Shown here: positions 1 through 8,456 of the stretch, one piece after another
Layout of the letters: each line of letters begins with the position of its first letter
Position numbering within the stretch: the first letter of the stretch is position 1
Virus record (IMG/VR): IMGVR_UViG_3300048855_000191
Location: 1 to 38,488 of that record
Source of the DNA: a virus
Taxonomy: Duplodnaviria; Caudoviricetes
Direction: 5' to 3' (one strand)
Length of the DNA stretch: 38,488 bases
Made by a program: the position numbers and the translations under genes
The notes under the pieces: generated by a model
The model's input: only the letters and a program-made list of their open reading frames with translations
What the model was told of the DNA's origin: nothing
Databases searched by the model: none

Positions 1-1065
1 TCAGCCGCCGATTCTTAACGCATTCGGAACCGCCGTTTCGCGCCACCTAGCCTTGATGTATTTCTCGGTTGTGGTCTTTTGTTTATGGCCGCAGAGCAGT
101 TGGATGCGCTCGATCGGATGGTCGTTCAGCCACAGGTCCGTCGCCCCCTTGCCCTTGAGGTCTCGGAACCCGAACGACGGCATGTTCTTGAGCACCGGGA
201 CGGTGTCGCGCACGCGATCCTGAGCCTGTTTCAGCATGGCCGAGATCCCGTCATAGGTGTAGCGGGTGCCCTTGAGGGTGTGCACGATCGGCTGATGCAG
301 CACCGGCACCTCGCCAACGGCGGCCGTGACGATCTCGCCCAGGCGGCCCTCGAGCGCGATGTCGATCAGGCGCCCGGTCTTGCTCTGGCGGAAGTGCAGC
401 ACGGGCTTGCCAGCCTTCCTGATGATGTTGGCGGGGGTCCAGCTCAGGACGTCGACCTCGGGCCGCTGCAGCGTGCGGTAGACCAGCTCCATCATCAGGC
501 GCACGGCGCGCGTGCTCGCGTTGAAGACGGCTTGATATTCCTCGTCGGTCACGTAGCGCTCGCGCTCGGTTTCTGGGTTGCGCTGCACGCCGCTCGCACG
601 CATGCAGGGGTTCACCTTGAAGCCGCCGTGATTGTTGCGCAGCATCCAGCTCATGCAGGACGACAGGCAGGCGCGCTCGCGGTTGGCGCGTACGCCGCGG
701 CCTTCCTTCGCGCCGATGTCGAGATAGTCGGTCACGTGGTGCGGGCCAACTTCGGACGGCAGCATCTTGCCGAAGTAGGGCTTGAGATAGTCGAGCGCGC
801 CCCGGTAGTCGTCGAGCGTGCGCTGAGACATGGTCTTGGCGCGCACCCGCTGCTCGCAGTCGATGATGAACTGATCGAGGAACCACGACATCGTGCCGTA
901 GGTGCCGGTCGGGTCGGCGTAGTGCTCGGCGCGCTTCTTGGCCACCGCCAGATCCTTGCCGAGGTTCTCCCACTTGCCGCCCGGGTGGGCGTAGTAGAAG
1001 GTGCCGGACCGGAGGTAAACCCGGTTCGGCAGGCCGAGGCTATCGTCCTTGCGCTTGCGCCCCAC
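1..1065 (-). CDS. int: Tyrosine recombinase (phage integrase)
   Basis: Motifs TLQRPE (Arg I), QSKT, FRDLKGKG, LCGH and TTEKY. GTG start at 1065 is preceded by GGAGG, so it is preferred over the ORF-track start at 1125. Confidence 0.93.
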   Translation of the reverse strand: MGRKRKDDSLGLPNRVYLRSGTFYYAHPGGKWENLGKDLAVAKKRAEHYADPTGTYGTMSWFLDQFIIDCEQRVRAKTMSQRTLDDYRGALDYLKPYFGKMLPSEVGPHHVTDYLDIGAKEGRGVRANRERACLSSCMSWMLRNNHGGFKVNPCMRASGVQRNPETERERYVTDEEYQAVFNASTRAVRLMMELVYRTLQRPEVDVLSWTPANIIRKAGKPVLHFRQSKTGRLIDIALEGRLGEIVTAAVGEVPVLHQPIVHTLKGTRYTYDGISAMLKQAQDRVRDTVPVLKNMPSFGFRDLKGKGATDLWLNDHPIERIQLLCGHKQKTTTEKYIKARWRETAVPNALRIGG

Positions 1066-1333
1066 GCTTGCCTCCTCGGATGACTTGCAGAAGGGCGGCC
1101 CGGTCGGGCTGCCCAGGGGCCGCATTGTGCGTGGGTTCGGGCCGGCGACCGATCATCACCCGTTCGAACTCGCCGCGGGCAACGAGGGGCCTGCCGTTGG
1201 GCTTGCGGTGCACGACGAGGCCCAGCTTCGTCAGGTACTTGATCTGATAGCCCGGCACGACCAGCGGCGCGCAGATCTCATGGATCTCGTCGTCCGAGAG
1301 AAAAGGCAGGGAGCTCATGGTCATTGCGTCCAT
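1040..1333 (-). CDS. DUF4224-like protein, probable excisionase
   Basis: FLSDDEIHEIC...QIKYLTKLGL...KPNGRPLV pattern; overlaps the integrase start. It is the C-terminal part of ORF 1040..2074. Confidence 0.75.
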   Translation of the reverse strand: MDAMTMSSLPFLSDDEIHEICAPLVVPGYQIKYLTKLGLVVHRKPNGRPLVARGEFERVMIGRRPEPTHNAAPGQPDRAALLQVIRGGKRGAQAQGR

Positions 1334-1563
1334 CGGATGGCCCCCGTGCTTGGGCAGCGTCCGGAGGTGCGGCTGTCGATCGCGGAGGCTGTGAAATTCA
1401 GAAGGCCGCCGCACACGGCACGGCGATGCGATTTGCGGCGCGCAGCATGATGATCGCCGGGCGCTTGCACCACTTTGGCCTGTCGCCACCGTCTCGCTTC
1501 CCGCCGAGCGGCTGCAGGCGCAGGCCCCCGGCGGCGTACCGGGATCTTGCTGGTTTCGTTCAT
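1321..1563 (-). CDS. Hypothetical basic protein
   Basis: ATG with AGGAG RBS; fills the gap in the operon. Confidence 0.5.
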   Translation of the reverse strand: MNETSKIPVRRRGPAPAAARREARRWRQAKVVQAPGDHHAARRKSHRRAVCGGLLNFTASAIDSRTSGRCPSTGAIRWTQ

Positions 1564-1614
1564 GGTTTCTCGCTCCTGCGGAACGCCCGCGCCGCGAGTG
1601 CGCGGGCAGGGAGG

Positions 1615-2433
1615 TCAGCTCGGCGAGCCGACGAGGATGGGCAGGCCGGTCTCGGCCGCGATCGTGGCGCGCAGTTCCTTGACCGCGGCCTCGATGACCT
1701 TGTGCGGGCGCACGAGCTCGTACCAGATGGTCAGCTTGCCGCCGTCGGCGATGCGATAGCGCAGCTGCGCTTCGACCTTCCAGAGCTCGCCGTTCTCGAA
1801 CACCGGGATGGCGAGCACGAAGACCTCGGGCACCTGGAGCTGGCCCTTCTGCGCCGAGCCCTGCACGTCTTCTTCGTAGGTGAACTGGGTAGAACCATCC
1901 GACAGGCGGACGCTGGACGCGAAGTTCACTTTCTTCTTCGCTTCGAGCGTGCGAGCCACTTCGAGCACCACAGCGCCGAGCGGCGTTGCGATGTCCGGCA
2001 GATTGGTCTCGATGAACTGCGCGAAGTCGGTCTGGGTCTGATGCCGGCCGCTCATGCCCGTCCAGGTTTTCCACTCGGGGGACAGCGGCGCGTTGTAGCG
2101 CGCCGCGTGGTCGCGCCAGCCGGGCTCATCCGCGTGGTCGTTGAAGACCGCGTGGAAGGTCGGCGGGTTGATGGTCGAGTAGAGGCGCGTGCCCGCGCCC
2201 TTCTGGTCGTTCACCACGGAAATGAAGCTGACGGCATCGTGCAGCGTGGTCATGCCCCGCTTGCGCAGGGGAGCGGGCAGGATCTCTTCCTTGCCCTCGA
2301 AGCTGTAGCCCTCGGGCACCAGCACGTAGGGGAAGGCGTTCTTGAGGTTGTCCAGCTCGGCCGCCTTCATGGCGCTCAGGCCTGCACCTGCCTCCAGCGC
2401 GGCGGCGATATGGTTGGTGTTGTCGTTGCTCAT
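1615..2433 (-). CDS. DUF2303 / YfdQ family phage protein
   Basis: WRDHAARY, QTDFAQFIETNLPDI and F(T)YEE...VPEVFVLAIPVFE motifs; paired with a YfdP-like gene. Confidence 0.85.
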   Translation of the reverse strand: MSNDNTNHIAAALEAGAGLSAMKAAELDNLKNAFPYVLVPEGYSFEGKEEILPAPLRKRGMTTLHDAVSFISVVNDQKGAGTRLYSTINPPTFHAVFNDHADEPGWRDHAARYNAPLSPEWKTWTGMSGRHQTQTDFAQFIETNLPDIATPLGAVVLEVARTLEAKKKVNFASSVRLSDGSTQFTYEEDVQGSAQKGQLQVPEVFVLAIPVFENGELWKVEAQLRYRIADGGKLTIWYELVRPHKVIEAAVKELRATIAAETGLPILVGSPS

Positions 2434-2473
2434 TGGGAAAATCTCAGAGGTTGGATGAAGGAGGGCGCAGGTC

Positions 2474-2854
2474 TCAGGACACCGCGCGCACGGCAGGGCG
2501 GACCTCTTCGGCCACGGTTTTCACGCCGTCCAGCGTGCGCTGCCGCGGGTCTTCGCGCTGCAGGTTGTTTTCGGGGGTGGCGAACATCAGCGTCTTGCCG
2601 CGGACGGGCTTCGGCTTCTTCACCTTGAGGTCGCTGTCAAGCTCGACCTGGCCGGCCTTGCCCACCGGCTTGATCTTGATGGCCAGCACGATTTCGCCGG
2701 CCTTGCCGGTCTCGGTGCAGGCGTGCACCAACTCGTTGAGCTCGTGCGTGGCCTCGTCGGAAATGGCGCCATAGTCCAGCGCCTCGAGGAACTCCGAGAA
2801 GCTCTGCCGCCGGGCCTGCGGCGTGGGGGATTTCAATACTTCGGGCATGTTCAC
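2474..2854 (-). CDS. YfdP-like phage protein
   Basis: TGKAGEIVLAIKIKP...FATPENNLQREDPRQ pattern; sits upstream of DUF2303 as is typical. Confidence 0.75.
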   Translation of the reverse strand: MNMPEVLKSPTPQARRQSFSEFLEALDYGAISDEATHELNELVHACTETGKAGEIVLAIKIKPVGKAGQVELDSDLKVKKPKPVRGKTLMFATPENNLQREDPRQRTLDGVKTVAEEVRPAVRAVS

Positions 2855-2869
2855 CTTTCTGGTGGTTGA

Positions 2870-2958
2870 GGGAAGAAAAGCGGGCGCCGCTCGCGCGGGT
2901 CGGCCGGGAAGTGGAGGAGGGAGGAGGAGGGTTGTCCCGCCCGACGTGTCGCCCAGAA
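2870..2958 (-). ncRNA. Candidate hairpin RNA with a CCUCC-repeat (anti-SD) loop
   Basis: Intergenic. Stem arms 2899-2909 and 2935-2945 enclose CCCUCCUCCUCCCUCCUCC on the minus strand. There is also a GCGA tetraloop hairpin and a pyrimidine tail. Confidence 0.45.
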
Positions 2959-2963
2959 AGTGG

Positions 2964-3251
2964 TCAGTCGGCCTTGGCCGCGGAGAACTTCTTGAAGGGC
3001 AGCGGCTTGATGTGTGTCCCGAAGAAACTGCCCTTCGACTCGGCCTCCATGAACTGGTTGTGCAGTTCGGGCGAGACGTTGGGGTACTGGTAGGTGTGGC
3101 CCGGCCCGCGCGTGAAGGTCACGGCGAGGGTGTTGGTGGCCTGGTCGTAGCCCACGGCTGCCACCTGGTTGGAACTGACGGGCGTCAGCGCGATGTCGAG
3201 CTGCTCGGAGGGTTCGTTGAAAGCCGCGGGCGCGGCGAAGGTCTTGGGCAT
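2964..3251 (-). CDS. KTSC domain protein
   Basis: VSSNQVAAVGYD...TLAVTF...YQYPNV...FMEAESKGSFF...IK is the KTSC signature. Confidence 0.9.
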   Translation of the reverse strand: MPKTFAAPAAFNEPSEQLDIALTPVSSNQVAAVGYDQATNTLAVTFTRGPGHTYQYPNVSPELHNQFMEAESKGSFFGTHIKPLPFKKFSAAKAD

Positions 3252-3275
3252 GTGGTGGCTCCTGTGGTGGGTTTG

Positions 3276-5027
3276 TCAGGCGGCCAGGCGCTGCGCGTGC
3301 GCGGCGGCGGCTTCGGTGGCGCGACGCGCGACGGCGGCGCAAAGCGCGGGGAACTGGTGTTCGTGGTACAGCGTGGCGCCGCGCTCACGCGCTGCAGGCT
3401 CGATGCCGAGGGAGCGCAGTTGCTCGGCGGTCAGGTTGAAGCCGAGGCGCGCGGCGATGTCGCCGATGCGCAGCGTGGGCACGCCGCCGGCACTGGCGGC
3501 CGGCTCGTTCGCGGCCGGCGCGCGTTCGATTGCCTGCAACTGAGGCGCCGGGGTGAGGGCGGGCTGGGCTGGCGCGGCGATCGGGGCGGGTGGCGAAGCG
3601 GCAGCAGCTTCCCGGGCCTCTTCATCTGCGGCGCGCTGCCGCTCCAGTTCGGCGCGCGCGGCGGCGTCGGCCCGCGTCTGCTCTTCGGCGCGGATGCGCT
3701 CGCGCTCGGCCTCAAGGCGAGCGCGCTCCTTCGCCTCGTGCTCGGCGATGCGGGCCTTGATAACCGCCTGCAGGTCGTCGGGCGCCTTCGCGACCAGCAC
3801 GCGCGTGTCCGGAAACAGAAACACCAGCTGCTGGTGTGCGGCCAGTGCCTTCAGGTTAGCGTCGATGCGGTCAGCCGCTTCGTTCGCGGCGAGCTTGTAC
3901 TGCGTCAGCACGGTCGCAACCGCATCCTCCATGCTGTCGAGGTTCCGCTTGCCCTTGATCGCTCCCGCAAAGTCGGTCGGGATGGTCGGCAGGTAGTCGC
4001 CCCCGAGGCGCGCCGACAGCGCGGCGGCGTGCTCACGCTGCGCCGTGATCGCCTTGTGCACGATGGCCTCGCGACGGGCTTCCTTCTCCGACTTGACCAG
4101 CTTCTCCAGCGCCAGGCCCTTGGCGTCGAACGCGCCGGCGATCTCGCGCACCGTGCCGATGGCCGCATTGATGTCGCCCATCTGCCCCATCGCCTGCTCG
4201 ATGGCGAGCTTCAGCTTGGCGGCCGAGTCGCGGCAGAACTTGGCGTCAGCCTCGGCGTCCGCGAAGTCTTGATCGGTCGTCAGCTCCGTGTTGATCGCCC
4301 CGATGTACGCCAGCGCGGCCGGCTTGTACTGGTCGAGGTTGCACGCGATGACGCGACCCTCCACGCGCATGTCGAAAACAACGGGAAGGTTCGACACGGT
4401 CTTCGGCACAGGTGCCGGCGCCGCCGCGGGCTCGGGCACGTAGGCCACCACGTCTGCCTCGAACTGCTGCCAGCCCGCGACGATGCGCGCCCGCAGTTCG
4501 AGGTTGGGCGTGTACCAGCAGTGCCGTTCCTCGATCAGCGTGCCGTCATCGGCCCAGTGCGACGCGAGGAACAGCGTGCGTTCGACCGTGCCAGCCACCA
4601 TGCACTGATGCTCCATCTGCACCTGATAGTCCATAGGCAGGTCGGCGCCGGTGCAGCCTTCGAACATCGCATCCTGCAGGCGCTTGCCCAGCAGCTTGTG
4701 CTCGAACGCGGTGTCACCCATGAAGGTGAGGCCGTCGAAGGAGGCCGAGTAGACGGCCTGCGCGCCAACCAGCGGTGCCAGCTCTTCACCGATGATCTTC
4801 TCGGCGAGCGGCCGGGCCAGAGCTTCAAAGCGGTGACCCGCGTCGAAGCGGCGCTGCGTGTGCGCGTCCACCTCTTCGGTGAGGCCGGTGGCGCGTTCGC
4901 GCACCAGTGCGGCACGGGTCTTGTACGGGCTGACGCCCATCATGGCGGGCGCGTCGGAGGCGTTGAAGTGGGTGGCGCGGTGGGCATGCCACTCCGGGCT
5001 GCCTTGAACGAGGTTGATGATTTCCAT
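3276..5027 (-). CDS. YqaJ-like viral recombinase exonuclease with a long helical C-terminal region
   Basis: QGSPEWHAHR, ASDAPAMMGVSPY, ASFDG, EHK and YQVQ motifs; adjacent to RecT. Confidence 0.9.
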   Translation of the reverse strand: MEIINLVQGSPEWHAHRATHFNASDAPAMMGVSPYKTRAALVRERATGLTEEVDAHTQRRFDAGHRFEALARPLAEKIIGEELAPLVGAQAVYSASFDGLTFMGDTAFEHKLLGKRLQDAMFEGCTGADLPMDYQVQMEHQCMVAGTVERTLFLASHWADDGTLIEERHCWYTPNLELRARIVAGWQQFEADVVAYVPEPAAAPAPVPKTVSNLPVVFDMRVEGRVIACNLDQYKPAALAYIGAINTELTTDQDFADAEADAKFCRDSAAKLKLAIEQAMGQMGDINAAIGTVREIAGAFDAKGLALEKLVKSEKEARREAIVHKAITAQREHAAALSARLGGDYLPTIPTDFAGAIKGKRNLDSMEDAVATVLTQYKLAANEAADRIDANLKALAAHQQLVFLFPDTRVLVAKAPDDLQAVIKARIAEHEAKERARLEAERERIRAEEQTRADAAARAELERQRAADEEAREAAAASPPAPIAAPAQPALTPAPQLQAIERAPAANEPAASAGGVPTLRIGDIAARLGFNLTAEQLRSLGIEPAARERGATLYHEHQFPALCAAVARRATEAAAAHAQRLAA

Positions 5028-5040
5028 GGTGTGGTGCTCC

Positions 5041-6147
5041 TCAGAACGGCAGTTCGGCGGTGCGCTGGGCCAGCAGTTCGGCCAACTCGGCGCGCTGCTG
5101 TCCGTCCGGCACGGCGCCGATCAGCTCGTCCATCCCGTTGAGGTGGTCGAGCGACTGGGCCTTGGTGATGCGGTCGGCGACGTGGGCATACGTCATCGGC
5201 TCGGCGGCGGGTGCAGGCGGCGTCTGCTTGGCTTCCACGTCGGTGGCGCCGCCCGTCTTCTTCACCGCGCGCAGCGCCTGTTGCTGTGCGTCGGTGTATG
5301 GCTCGCCGCGGGTCGCCGCGAACTGGATGAAGTCCTCGGCGGTCTTGCGCCCGGACTGGATGACCTTCGTCCATTCCGGCAGGTTCGAGTCGAACTTCGC
5401 CTGGTCGTAGTGCTTCGGCGGCGCCGGTGGCGCGGCCGCGGCGCCCGCGACTTCATCGACCATGCCCATGAACTTCTCGCCCGGCTCGGTCAGTTCATCC
5501 GGTGTGTAGACGCCCAGGATCACGTCGGGCGCATGAAGGCGGGCCCAGCGCTTCTGCGCCAGGTAGGCGAGTTGCTGCTTCGGGTCTTCCGTCCACAGCG
5601 TGCTGTTGCGCGTGCGCGCCTGCGTCATCAGCAGCTCCAGCACACGAGGCTCACTCTCGCCCTTGATCGTGGACCAGACGCGCACGCCCAGGCCGTGCTC
5701 ATCTTCCTGCTTCCAGGCAGGGACGATGTACTTCTTGGGGTGGCCGTTGTCGTCCTTCTTGGTCTTCGACTCCACCTCCTTGAACTTGCCGACGATCTTG
5801 GTCCATTCGCCGAACCACTCGAAGCGGAAGCGCTCTTTCACGGCGCCGCTGGAGTTGATGACTGCCGCGACCAACTGCGCTTCGTAGCCCAGCGTGCCGT
5901 TCACCAGATGCGTTTTCTGCGCGACGGCGAAGGGATTCATGCCCCACTGCATCGACTGCAAGCAAATGGCGAAACAGTCGCCCTTGCTGCCGCGCAGGTG
6001 CGTCGGCACGGTGGTCTTGCCGCTTGCCATGAGGTCGGCGAGGCGCTCGAGGCGCTCCATGCTGCTGGTGTCCATCAGCAGTGCGCCCGCCGACGCGCTG
6101 CTGCTCAGCGCGAGCGCGCTGGTTTCGGTTGTGGTGGTGGCGTTCAC
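5041..6147 (-). CDS. recT: RecT family single-strand annealing protein
   Basis: VPTHLRG..GDC...QWGMNPFAVAQKTHLVNGTLGYEAQL and WARLHAPDVILGVYTPDEL. Confidence 0.88.
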   Translation of the reverse strand: MNATTTTETSALALSSSASAGALLMDTSSMERLERLADLMASGKTTVPTHLRGSKGDCFAICLQSMQWGMNPFAVAQKTHLVNGTLGYEAQLVAAVINSSGAVKERFRFEWFGEWTKIVGKFKEVESKTKKDDNGHPKKYIVPAWKQEDEHGLGVRVWSTIKGESEPRVLELLMTQARTRNSTLWTEDPKQQLAYLAQKRWARLHAPDVILGVYTPDELTEPGEKFMGMVDEVAGAAAAPPAPPKHYDQAKFDSNLPEWTKVIQSGRKTAEDFIQFAATRGEPYTDAQQQALRAVKKTGGATDVEAKQTPPAPAAEPMTYAHVADRITKAQSLDHLNGMDELIGAVPDGQQRAELAELLAQRTAELPF

Positions 6148-6344
6148 TTGCGCTCCTTCCGGTACTGGTCTTCGGTGATTTGCTGGATGTCGGCCTTGCC
6201 GCCTTCACGGGCGGCGTGGGCGCGGTGCGCGTTGAAGAAGAGGTCGGCGTCCCAGACGCGGTGTTGCTCCACGTAGGTGTTGCCGTCCTTGTCCGTGTGA
6301 CGCGCGAACACGTCGCGCGTGATGAGGGCTTCGGCGGTGCTCAC
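6144..6344 (-). CDS. Hypothetical protein (66 aa)
   Basis: GTG at 6344 overlaps the upstream stop; its own stop overlaps the recT start. Confidence 0.65.
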   Translation of the reverse strand: MSTAEALITRDVFARHTDKDGNTYVEQHRVWDADLFFNAHRAHAAREGGKADIQQITEDQYRKERK

Positions 6345-6592
6345 TTCGCGATGCCCCACATCGAGAACCATTCGGCGCGCGGCGCGGGCTCGTACATGCC
6401 GAGCAGCACGGAGGCCAGCAGGAGCAGCAGGACGATCACGCCAACAACAGCGAGGTCGGGCGCGCAAGAGGGGAACCACAGGCCGCGCGGCTCGTCGACG
6501 TGTGCGTCGTTTGCCGCGGCCGGGAATTGGCCGGACAAGGGGGGAGTGCCGCCGGCGGCGGCGCGAGGCGGGTGCACGAGGCGAACGCTCAC
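6341..6592 (-). CDS. Small single-TM membrane protein
   Basis: Hydrophobic stretch LAVVGVIVLLLLLASVLLG; 4-nt overlaps with both neighbours. Confidence 0.65.
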   Translation of the reverse strand: MSVRLVHPPRAAAGGTPPLSGQFPAAANDAHVDEPRGLWFPSCAPDLAVVGVIVLLLLLASVLLGMYEPAPRAEWFSMWGIAK

Positions 6593-6864
6593 GATGCGAT
6601 CCTTTCGAAGATGAGGAGGGCGAGGACGGAGAGGCAGGCGACGAGAGCCGACGCGATCGCGGCGGCTTTGTCGAAGAGATGCTGGCGGCGCGGCACAACG
6701 ATGTGCAGCGCGACGGTGCTGCTGCGCTGGCCGGGGCCGAACGCCTGTTCCAGCGTGCGCGGCATGAGGCCGGAGCGGTGATCGTCGGCGTTGACGGTGC
6801 CGGCGAAGGTGGTCTCACCAGGCGCGGCCGGCACGAGCGGAAAGGAGTAGCCGAGGCGCTTCAT
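6589..6864 (-). CDS. Small protein with a C-terminal TM segment
   Basis: PRTLEQAFGP motif and a C-terminal hydrophobic helix; coupled overlaps. Confidence 0.65.
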   Translation of the reverse strand: MKRLGYSFPLVPAAPGETTFAGTVNADDHRSGLMPRTLEQAFGPGQRSSTVALHIVVPRRQHLFDKAAAIASALVACLSVLALLIFERIAS

Positions 6865-6983
6865 GCGGCCGCCCAGGACAACGAGACGGCGGCGCGCGCA
6901 GCGCGCACGTCGGCATAGAAGCGGCGCAGTGCCGCGATCTGGCCTTGAATCTCCAACAGCTGGGCTCGCAGGATTGCGTTCAT
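6861..6983 (-). CDS. Hypothetical 40-aa peptide (not in the ORF track)
   Basis: MNAILRAQLLEIQGQIAALRRFYADVRAARAAVSLSWAAA; ATGA overlaps on both sides. Confidence 0.6.
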   Translation of the reverse strand: MNAILRAQLLEIQGQIAALRRFYADVRAARAAVSLSWAAA

Positions 6984-7171
6984 GCGAAACCTTGCGAGTG
7001 CACAGGGTCCATGCGCATGGCGGCCTCGACTTCGAGGCGGATCAGTGCGCCCGACGTTTTGGCCTTGGCATGCGCGCGATCAAGAGCCGCGAGCTCAGCT
7101 TCGGTGAACTCGGGGCAGGGCGGCGGCACGGCCGCTGTGGGATGGGCAGCTCGCCCGGGGTTGTTCTGCAT
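6980..7171 (-). CDS. First gene of the leftward early operon, hypothetical
   Basis: GAGGAG RBS; directly downstream of the PL-like promoter. Confidence 0.65.
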   Translation of the reverse strand: MQNNPGRAAHPTAAVPPPCPEFTEAELAALDRAHAKAKTSGALIRLEVEAAMRMDPVHSQGFA

Positions 7172-7209
7172 TTGCGCTCCTCGCGGGCCGATCGATGGCC
7201 GCGGGACGC

Positions 7210-7252
7210 ACTTTAGAACAGTCTAAATTAGAGAGTCAAGAAAAATCTAAAG
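7210..7252 (-). promoter_or_regulatory. PL-like promoter with two repressor operators
   Basis: Minus strand reads TTGACT-N18-TAAAGT. Operators are TTTAGA-ACAG-TCTAAA (7212-7227) and TCAAGA-AAAA-TCTAAA (7236-7251). Confidence 0.8.
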
Positions 7253-7327
7253 TTTTGGGGCGTGGGCACTGGAGCGAAGTGCGCGCGGCGCTCGCCGAGC
7301 GCACGAACGGGGTTCGCGCGTGGAGAT

Positions 7328-7966
7328 CTAAAGCTCGACGCCGGTCCATCGGCATCGGCCGATGACCTCGAACGATTCGGGGTCCTGGTAGACCTTGCTC
7401 TTCGGTTTGAAGTCTGGGTTCTCGGCAGTAGCCAGGACGCCAATGCCTTCCAGGATGCTCAGCCTCTTGATGAGGAGTTCGTCGCCATCGCGAAAGGCGA
7501 AAAAATCTCCGTTCAGGTTGGTCCTGTCAGCGGTGTCCACCAGGACCACCGAGCCTTCGAGGATCTTGGGCGTGTTGCTGTTTCCATCGGCATCCACGAC
7601 CACAGCCTTTCCCGGCGCGATTCCAAGCTTGCGAAGGAAGTCAGAGCGAAACGAGAGGGGCGGCTTGTCGTCAACGTGGTAGACGACTTTGCCGAGCCCG
7701 TTCGAGAACGAGACGTCCGCCCGGCGGACCTGGACGAATTCAGTTTCAACGATGCCGGGCTCGAAGTAGCGCTCGTCCAGGTGCAGTTCCGTCGCGATGT
7801 TGCGAGCCGACCGCTCGCCGAAGCTGTGCTTGTCGTCGACCAGCTGCGACACCCGCCCCTCTGTGAGCCCAACTCGCTCCCCGAAAGCCCTTTGGCTTCC
7901 GTGATAAGGCGCCTGCGCAATGAGCTCGCGCAGCCGGCGCTTTCGGTAGAGGGTTGTGTCGTCCAT
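7328..7966 (-). CDS. cI: CI-like repressor (HTH + S24 peptidase)
   Basis: HTH SQRAFGERVGLTEGRVSQL; S24 domain with GNSNTP (Ser), LLIKRL (Lys), ENPDF and VIGR; divergent from a cro-like gene. Confidence 0.92.
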   Translation of the reverse strand: MDDTTLYRKRRLRELIAQAPYHGSQRAFGERVGLTEGRVSQLVDDKHSFGERSARNIATELHLDERYFEPGIVETEFVQVRRADVSFSNGLGKVVYHVDDKPPLSFRSDFLRKLGIAPGKAVVVDADGNSNTPKILEGSVVLVDTADRTNLNGDFFAFRDGDELLIKRLSILEGIGVLATAENPDFKPKSKVYQDPESFEVIGRCRWTGVEL

Positions 7967-7967
7967 G

Positions 7968-8034
7968 TTTAGGAAAGAGTAAACCCCCGGACTTTAGAAA
8001 TATCTTGACTCTTAGCTTTAGAGTCATCTAAAGT
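7968..8034 (+). promoter_or_regulatory. PR-like promoter with operators
   Basis: TTGACT (8005-8010)-N18-TAAAGT (8029-8034). Operators at 7993-8008 and CTTTAGA-GTCA-TCTAAAG (8016-8033), with a degenerate third site at 7968-7983. Confidence 0.8.
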
Positions 8035-8040
8035 TCTGGC

Positions 8041-8253
8041 ATGAACCTGAAACAATGGCTAGACGAGGAGCGCGGGCGATGCACTGCGCTGGCCGCACAC
8101 CTCGGCGTTTCTGTGGGGCGGGTGAGCCAAATGGCCGCCGATGGCGTCCCGCCGAAGTTCATGTTCTCCGTTCGGGATTTCAGCGGCGGCGCGGTCAGCC
8201 TCGAATCGATGGTTGCGGCACGCACCCCATCGGCGGCGAAGGAGGGCGCGTGA
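8041..8253 (+). CDS. cro: Cro/YdaS-like HTH regulator
   Basis: MNLKQWL...TALAAHLGVSVGRVSQMA HTH; divergent from cI. Confidence 0.85.
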   Translation: MNLKQWLDEERGRCTALAAHLGVSVGRVSQMAADGVPPKFMFSVRDFSGGAVSLESMVAARTPSAAKEGA

Positions 8254-8429
8254 TGCACATCAAGGCCCTCGCTTCACTGAGCCATTCCGAGGTCGCTGAC
8301 CTCGCCCGGGCTGCCGCTGACCGAGGCGAAGACCTCGAGCAGGCCAACCCATTCCCGGCGGGGCACTGGCGCCGCGCCACCTTCGAAGACGTGTTCCGCG
8401 AGCGCTCCGCAGAGCTGGCGCTCGCCTGA
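8253..8429 (+). CDS. Hypothetical protein
   Basis: GGAGG RBS; start overlaps the cro stop; NPFP motif. Confidence 0.6.
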   Translation: MHIKALASLSHSEVADLARAAADRGEDLEQANPFPAGHWRRATFEDVFRERSAELALA

Positions 8430-8456
8430 CCCCCGCATCCGCATCACGAGTTCCAC

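Noticed and set aside
1582-1607. GC-rich hairpin between the yfdQ-like gene and the next ORF
   Set aside because: No U-tract; probably an ordinary stabilising or pausing hairpin with too little support to call.
79-5141. Long + strand ORFs (79..1083, 1324..2628, 2823..5141)
   Set aside because: These are antisense shadows of recognisable minus-strand genes, as expected in high-GC DNA.
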